A stretch of DNA of 32,000 nucleotides. Source: Nitrosococcus oceani ATCC 19707. Lineage in GTDB: Bacteria; Pseudomonadota; Gammaproteobacteria; Nitrosococcales; Nitrosococcaceae. Shown one piece after another: positions 26,370-32,000 of the stretch; position 1 is the first letter of the stretch; each line of letters starts with the position of its first letter. Location of the stretch: positions 3,360,001 to 3,392,000 of the forward strand of contig NC_007484.1 in the NCBI RefSeq assembly GCF_000012805.1. Reading direction: 5' to 3'. The translations under genes and the position numbers were made by a program. The notes under the pieces are model-generated. The model was not told the origin of the DNA. It ran no database searches and saw nothing but the letters and a program-made list of their open reading frames with translations.

Positions 26370-28871
26370 TTGGCTGGTAAATTTTCCTTCTTTAGGAAGC
26401 GAAGCAAGCACTCATTACAGCCTGAAGAAAAGAAGGCATTAGGCAACTATACCTTAGCGGCTTTTTTAACCACGGGATTTATTTTCGTGGGTTTAGCGCT
26501 GCTTTTCTATCAACACTGGTTACTCTCTTCTGAGCAACAATTTAGGAAATTGATTCAATTAGAGGCTCAGCACCAGGCGGTGGCCGTGCATGCAAAAATC
26601 CGCTCCTATGCTGAAATTCTCACCTCCATGGCCCGTAATCCTGTGCTTTTACGTTTAGTCGAGAATCAAGATAAACGATTATTACGACTCAAGGAGCAAG
26701 AGTTGAAATACGCTTTTCCTGGAGCGATAGGGGTTCGGATTTTACCACCAGGGATAAATGATATTGATCAACAGGCAACGCCACCCCTAAATTATTCAAG
26801 CCTAGCCTTGTTGCGGGCGGCAGAAGACAGCAGTGGGGCAACGCTTGCGGAGATACACCTGTTAGGCCACTCGGAACAGTATGTGGCTATGGCCCAGCGC
26901 CTTCTCTCAGCGGCTGGAGATGTTGCAGGTGTTTTGTTCCTAGCCCTTGATCCCATTGTGTTTACAAACACTCTGAGCCAACCGGGTTTATCAGGCGGTT
27001 ATCTGGAATTACGCCAGGGTGCGAAGCAGTCGCAAATATTTGCCAGCTACGGAAATGGGCAATTAGCGAGTACCCCTCCCCAAGGACTTATTCCTATTGA
27101 GGATAGCCGTTGGCAATTGGCCTATTGGTTATCCACGCAAGGGAAAGAAGAAGACACGCATCTTATCTTTTGGGGAGGAGTGGTTTTTGGATTGCTGGCA
27201 CTAGGCATGATTTTCTATGTTCAAGATCGGCTATTTGCACGTTTCTTGCGAGAAGATCTGATTACCTTGGTGAATTTGGTCCGTGACTTGCTAAGAAGCC
27301 AACTACAGGACCGCTATAAAATCCATTTGCCCGCTTTTAAGGGAGCAGCAGCAGTCATCCAGCGTATGGCCTCGGAAAAACGGGCCACAGGGGAAACAAT
27401 CGCCTCCGGGATGACTTTTAGGGAAGATGCCCTCAATGATGGAAATTTTCAAACAACAGAGAGCATGAAAGTGAAAGAACAGTCCCTTAACCAGAGCGGC
27501 CGTATCGCCGCCTCTATTTTTAAAGCCTATGATATTCGCGGTGTGGTAGGAGAAACACTTACGCCAGAGACCGTGTATGAAATTGGGCGTGCCATTGGCA
27601 GCGAGGCCCATGCGCAAAACCAACAAAATATTATCGTAGGCCGAGATGGTCGTCTTTCTGGTCCCGAATTAGCCCATAATCTTATCGAAGGAATTCGGGC
27701 AACGGGCTGTGACGTGGTTGACATTGCTGTGGTGCCGACTCCGCTGCTGTATTTTGCCGCGCAATATCTAAGCACCGGCTCAGGAGTGATGCTAACAGGA
27801 AGCCATAATCCCCCTGACTATAACGGTATGAAAATTATGCTTCGCGGCGAGACGCTTGCATTAGAAGCTATTCAGGCTCTGCGGCGCCGAATCGAAGCAG
27901 AGGATTATGCCCGTGGCGCGGGTAATCTACAGACAGTAGATGTGGTGCCCGATTACATCGAGCGGGTCACTAGCGATGTGAAACTTACCCGCCCCTTAAA
28001 AATTGTGGTGGACTGTGGGAATGGAGCCGCCGGCGAAGTTGCCCCTCGTCTATTCCGAGCGCTGGGTGGTGAAGTCAGCGAATTATATTGCGAGATTGAC
28101 GGCCAATTCCCTAACCACCACCCGGATCCAAGTCAGGCAGAAAATCTAGAAGATTTGATCGCCAAAGTAAAAGCAAAGGGCGCAGATTTAGGGCTGGCTT
28201 TTGATGGCGATGGCGATCGGTTGGGGGTGATTGATTCTGAGGGCCGTATTATTTGGCCTGATCGCCAGCTCATGCTCTATGCCATGGATGTCCTTTCCCG
28301 GCACCCGGGGGCTACTATCCTTTATGATATCAAATGCTCCCGTCATTTAGATCAAGTTATTACTGAATATGGAGGCAGCCCGCTAATGTGGAAAACGGGG
28401 CATTCTCTTATTAAAGCCAAGATGAGAGAGACTGGCGCCCTTCTAGCGGGTGAAATGAGCGGTCATATCTTTTTCAAGGACCGCTGGTTTGGGTTTGATG
28501 ACGCCCTTTATACGGGAGCACGCTTATTGGAGATTTTAGCCGCCGATACGCGAACCTTGGGAGAAATATTTGCTGCCTTGCCGAATGGGGTAAGTACGCC
28601 AGAGTTGCGAATAGAGATGGCCGAGGGAGAACATTTTCCGTTTATGGAAAAATTACTACACCAGGCCGATTTCCCAGAAGCTGCCGTAACCACCATCGAT
28701 GGACTGCGCGTGGACTTTGAGGAGGGGTGGGGGTTGGTCCGTCCTTCGAATACCACACCTTGCTTAGTTTTACGGTTTGAGGCCAATGATGACGAAGCCC
28801 TAGAGCGCATTGAAGATAACTTTAGACGCTTGCTGCTGGAAGTTGATCCCAGCCTGGTGCTGCCATTCTAA
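26370..28871 (+). CDS. algC: Phosphomannomutase/phosphoglucomutase with a 365-aa two-TM N-terminal extension
   Basis: From about aa 380 the C-terminal 450 aa are collinear with Pseudomonas AlgC: SIFKAYDIRGVVG, TGSHNPPDYNG (catalytic Ser loop), FDGDGDR (Mg loop), GEMSGH, RPSNTTP. The same frame is open upstream to TTG 26370, which has an AAGGA SD 8 nt upstream. An internal ATG at 27465 is an alternative start for a classic-length enzyme. Confidence 0.9.
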   Translation: MAGKFSFFRKRSKHSLQPEEKKALGNYTLAAFLTTGFIFVGLALLFYQHWLLSSEQQFRKLIQLEAQHQAVAVHAKIRSYAEILTSMARNPVLLRLVENQDKRLLRLKEQELKYAFPGAIGVRILPPGINDIDQQATPPLNYSSLALLRAAEDSSGATLAEIHLLGHSEQYVAMAQRLLSAAGDVAGVLFLALDPIVFTNTLSQPGLSGGYLELRQGAKQSQIFASYGNGQLASTPPQGLIPIEDSRWQLAYWLSTQGKEEDTHLIFWGGVVFGLLALGMIFYVQDRLFARFLREDLITLVNLVRDLLRSQLQDRYKIHLPAFKGAAAVIQRMASEKRATGETIASGMTFREDALNDGNFQTTESMKVKEQSLNQSGRIAASIFKAYDIRGVVGETLTPETVYEIGRAIGSEAHAQNQQNIIVGRDGRLSGPELAHNLIEGIRATGCDVVDIAVVPTPLLYFAAQYLSTGSGVMLTGSHNPPDYNGMKIMLRGETLALEAIQALRRRIEAEDYARGAGNLQTVDVVPDYIERVTSDVKLTRPLKIVVDCGNGAAGEVAPRLFRALGGEVSELYCEIDGQFPNHHPDPSQAENLEDLIAKVKAKGADLGLAFDGDGDRLGVIDSEGRIIWPDRQLMLYAMDVLSRHPGATILYDIKCSRHLDQVITEYGGSPLMWKTGHSLIKAKMRETGALLAGEMSGHIFFKDRWFGFDDALYTGARLLEILAADTRTLGEIFAALPNGVSTPELRIEMAEGEHFPFMEKLLHQADFPEAAVTTIDGLRVDFEEGWGLVRPSNTTPCLVLRFEANDDEALERIEDNFRRLLLEVDPSLVLPF

Positions 28872-28884
28872 GTGCATAAGTTAA

Positions 28885-29817
<933 letters not shown>

Positions 29818-29830
29818 ACCTAACTATTTC

Positions 29831-30526
29831 TTATCTATCGCGCAATCCAGCGCGGGCTGAGGAACCTATGGTATTGATTCTCGGCTGAGTGAGCTCCCGA
29901 AAACGCTCAAGATCCTTAATAAATTTTTGCCTAATAGTTTCTTGCTCCTGGCGTTTTTTAACGATATAGCGCCGGTTATTCATTAGGCGGTCCTTGACGG
30001 TTTGGATATTAGTAAGCAGCTGCTGGGGAAGCAGCTGACCGTTACGTTCTAAGTGAGCTGCTTGATTTTGGTGTGCTATCAATGCCTCTTGCAACGTTCT
30101 TATTTTGCCCTGAATGAGTTCGATTAACCCTTCGATGGCTTCGATCTGGCTGTTTCGGATTCGCAGCAGATCGGTTTCAGAGCCAAAAGTGGCTAGAAGT
30201 GTGCGATCATAATTGGCTTGCTCCTTGAGCCGCCGCTGCTTTTCTGCTTCGATTTGAGCGAGGCGTGCTTCCTCAACAAGTTGTTTTTGAGTTTTCGCTG
30301 GAGGGACTCGTTTAACCACTACCATTGTCTGATTATTAATAACCTCATATCCCCCCTGGACTGCCTCTGGAGGGAGATTATCACTGAGCATTTGCGTCCC
30401 ATGCTCGCTAGTATAACGATAAAGCAGCCCAGCTTGAACCGAAGAGCTAAGGCCATAGAGGACGGCTAAGATAAAAAAAATGCCTAATATAAATCGAATC
30501 TGGATAATGTTGCTTACTTTAGGCAT
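29831..30526 (-). CDS. DUF4124-type exported/anchored coiled-coil protein
   Basis: Signal or anchor sequence FILGIFFILAVLYGLSSSVQA, followed by the DUF4124-like LYRYTSEHGTQMLSDNLPPEA motif and a long coiled-coil tail. ATG 30526 is preferred over TTG 30538. Confidence 0.7.
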   Translation of the reverse strand: MPKVSNIIQIRFILGIFFILAVLYGLSSSVQAGLLYRYTSEHGTQMLSDNLPPEAVQGGYEVINNQTMVVVKRVPPAKTQKQLVEEARLAQIEAEKQRRLKEQANYDRTLLATFGSETDLLRIRNSQIEAIEGLIELIQGKIRTLQEALIAHQNQAAHLERNGQLLPQQLLTNIQTVKDRLMNNRRYIVKKRQEQETIRQKFIKDLERFRELTQPRINTIGSSARAGLRDR

Positions 30527-30568
30527 AAGACAATTCAAAAAACCTATATAACTAGATCCTTAGCCGCA

Positions 30569-31324
30569 ATGCATTGGTTTGATCAAGGCGCTCTATTTTT
30601 TATTTCTCTGCTAGCTAATTTGTTCTCAGCCTTTAGTGGAGGTGGGGCAGGACTAGTACAGTTGCCGGCATTAATTTTTTTGGGCTTACCCTTTGGTATC
30701 GCGCTAGCAACCCACAAGGTAGCATCCGTCGCCCTAGGTATCGGCGCTACTCTCCGGCACTTAAGAGAAGAGACCTTAGAGCGACGATTTGCCCTCTTCA
30801 TTCTGGCCTGCGGTTTACCAGGGGTTATCTTCGGAGCGAATGTAATTCTCAAGATTCCCGCTCGTACAGCAGAATTTGCACTGGGTTGTTTAACCCTAAG
30901 TTTGGGAATCTATTCTTTACTCAAACCGAATCTGGGGCAAGCGTCCCGCCTTTTAAACCGCCACTGGCGAGGCTATTTAGTAGGTGGCGGCGCTTTATTC
31001 TTCATCGGCATTTTAAACGGCTCTTTGACTTCAGGCACCGGTCTCTTTGTCACCCTCTGGTTAGTGAGGTGGTTTGGCTTAGACTATAAGCGGGCGGTAG
31101 CTTATACATTGGTGTTAGTTGGCTTATTTTGGAACGGTGTGGGAGCCTTAACGTTAGGATGGCTCGGCAATATCCAATGGACTTGGCTGCCGGCTTTGCT
31201 AATAGGTTCTTTGCTAGGAGGATATTTAGGTGCTCATCTTTCTATTGTCAAAGGTAACCGCTGGATTAAGCGAGGCTTTGAAATAGTTACTCTGCTCATT
31301 GGGCTCAAATTAATTACGGGTTAA
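30569..31324 (+). CDS. TauE/SafE (DUF81) family anion/sulfite exporter-type membrane protein
   Basis: 251 aa, about 7-8 TM segments. Characteristic [19 protein letters not shown]-terminal motif and an internal repeat ([17 protein letters not shown]). Confidence 0.85.
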   Translation: MHWFDQGALFFISLLANLFSAFSGGGAGLVQLPALIFLGLPFGIALATHKVASVALGIGATLRHLREETLERRFALFILACGLPGVIFGANVILKIPARTAEFALGCLTLSLGIYSLLKPNLGQASRLLNRHWRGYLVGGGALFFIGILNGSLTSGTGLFVTLWLVRWFGLDYKRAVAYTLVLVGLFWNGVGALTLGWLGNIQWTWLPALLIGSLLGGYLGAHLSIVKGNRWIKRGFEIVTLLIGLKLITG

Positions 31325-31976
31325 AAACCCTCTCTACTCCATATTGCTTTTTATAGGCTTGCATTTTATCTAAATGTTCTTTCATTTCTGGCTTCTCTTC
31401 TAAATGGCGAATCAGATGGTCCAAGCAGGCAATACTTACCACGGGGATACCGTACTGAGCTTCCACCTCTTGGACTGCGGATTGTTTCCCTTGACCCTGT
31501 TCCTGGCGGTCCAAGGAAATCGCTACACCAGCGAGTGTAGCCCCCGCAGCATGGATAAGAGTAGCTGCTTCTCGTACTGAGGTGCCGGCGGAAATAACAT
31601 CATCGACGATTAGGACCCGGGCGCCTTTAAGCGGAGTTCCCACCACTTTTCCTCCTTCTCCATGATCCTTGACCTCTTTGCGATTGAACGCGTACCCTAT
31701 ATCTCGCCCATATTTTTCCATCAATGCAATAGCTGTAGCCGTCACTAAGGGGATGCCTTTATAGGCCGGTCCAAAAAGCACCTCGAAAGCAAGCCCCGAG
31801 CCAGAAATAGCTTGGGCGTAGAAACGACCTAGCCGGGCTAAGCTTGCACCGCTATTGAACAATCCGCTATTAAAAAAGTAGGGACTCATCCGGCCAGACT
31901 TCAGGGTAAAATCCCCAAAGCGAAGCACTCTCTTTTCGACCGCAAACTTGATAAATTCGTTTTGATAGCTCTTCAT
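31314..31976 (-). CDS. pyrE: Orotate phosphoribosyltransferase
   Basis: 220 aa. [45 protein letters not shown], and the PRPP loop [13 protein letters not shown]. The 3' end overlaps the convergent TauE gene by 11 nt. Confidence 0.95.
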   Translation of the reverse strand: MKSYQNEFIKFAVEKRVLRFGDFTLKSGRMSPYFFNSGLFNSGASLARLGRFYAQAISGSGLAFEVLFGPAYKGIPLVTATAIALMEKYGRDIGYAFNRKEVKDHGEGGKVVGTPLKGARVLIVDDVISAGTSVREAATLIHAAGATLAGVAISLDRQEQGQGKQSAVQEVEAQYGIPVVSIACLDHLIRHLEEKPEMKEHLDKMQAYKKQYGVERVFNP

Positions 31977-32000
31977 TCGTGCCTCATAAGAAAAAGTACT

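Noticed and set aside
31314-31324. 11-nt overlap of the convergent TauE and pyrE 3' ends. Convergent gaps are also very short elsewhere: 13-17 nt at 15342-15358, 23414-23426 and 29818-29830.
   Set aside because: This indicates compact genome organisation rather than a special element. No hairpin or repeat is present in these junctions.

Overview
This looks like a chromosomal gammaproteobacterial segment of mid-range GC (judged by eye). It is densely coding, with about 27 supportable CDSs. I found no rRNA, tRNA, CRISPR array, transposase, integrase or prophage signature. The right third (24.6-32 kb) is ordinary housekeeping in the Pseudomonas-type order coaBC-dut-algC-argB ... pyrE. The left and middle parts hold the more unusual content. 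(1) A sigma-less partner-switching cassette (STAS antagonist, RsbW-type kinase, 4xPAS-PP2C phosphatase) is wrapped around a 1594-aa NAD-glutamate dehydrogenase. (2) A myo-inositol-1-phosphate synthase is paired with a small CDP-alcohol phosphatidyltransferase, which predicts inositol-phospholipid synthesis. (3) A minus-strand cluster runs SRPBCC protein, effector-less short LOV photoreceptor, two translationally coupled proteins with no motif I recognise, then a Trp-rich small ORF ending at a hairpin. (4) algC carries a 365-codon membrane, sensor-like N-terminal extension. All calls come from reading the supplied translations and DNA by eye. No BLAST, HMM or structure search was possible, so family names rest on motifs I recognise, and the functional links are hypotheses.
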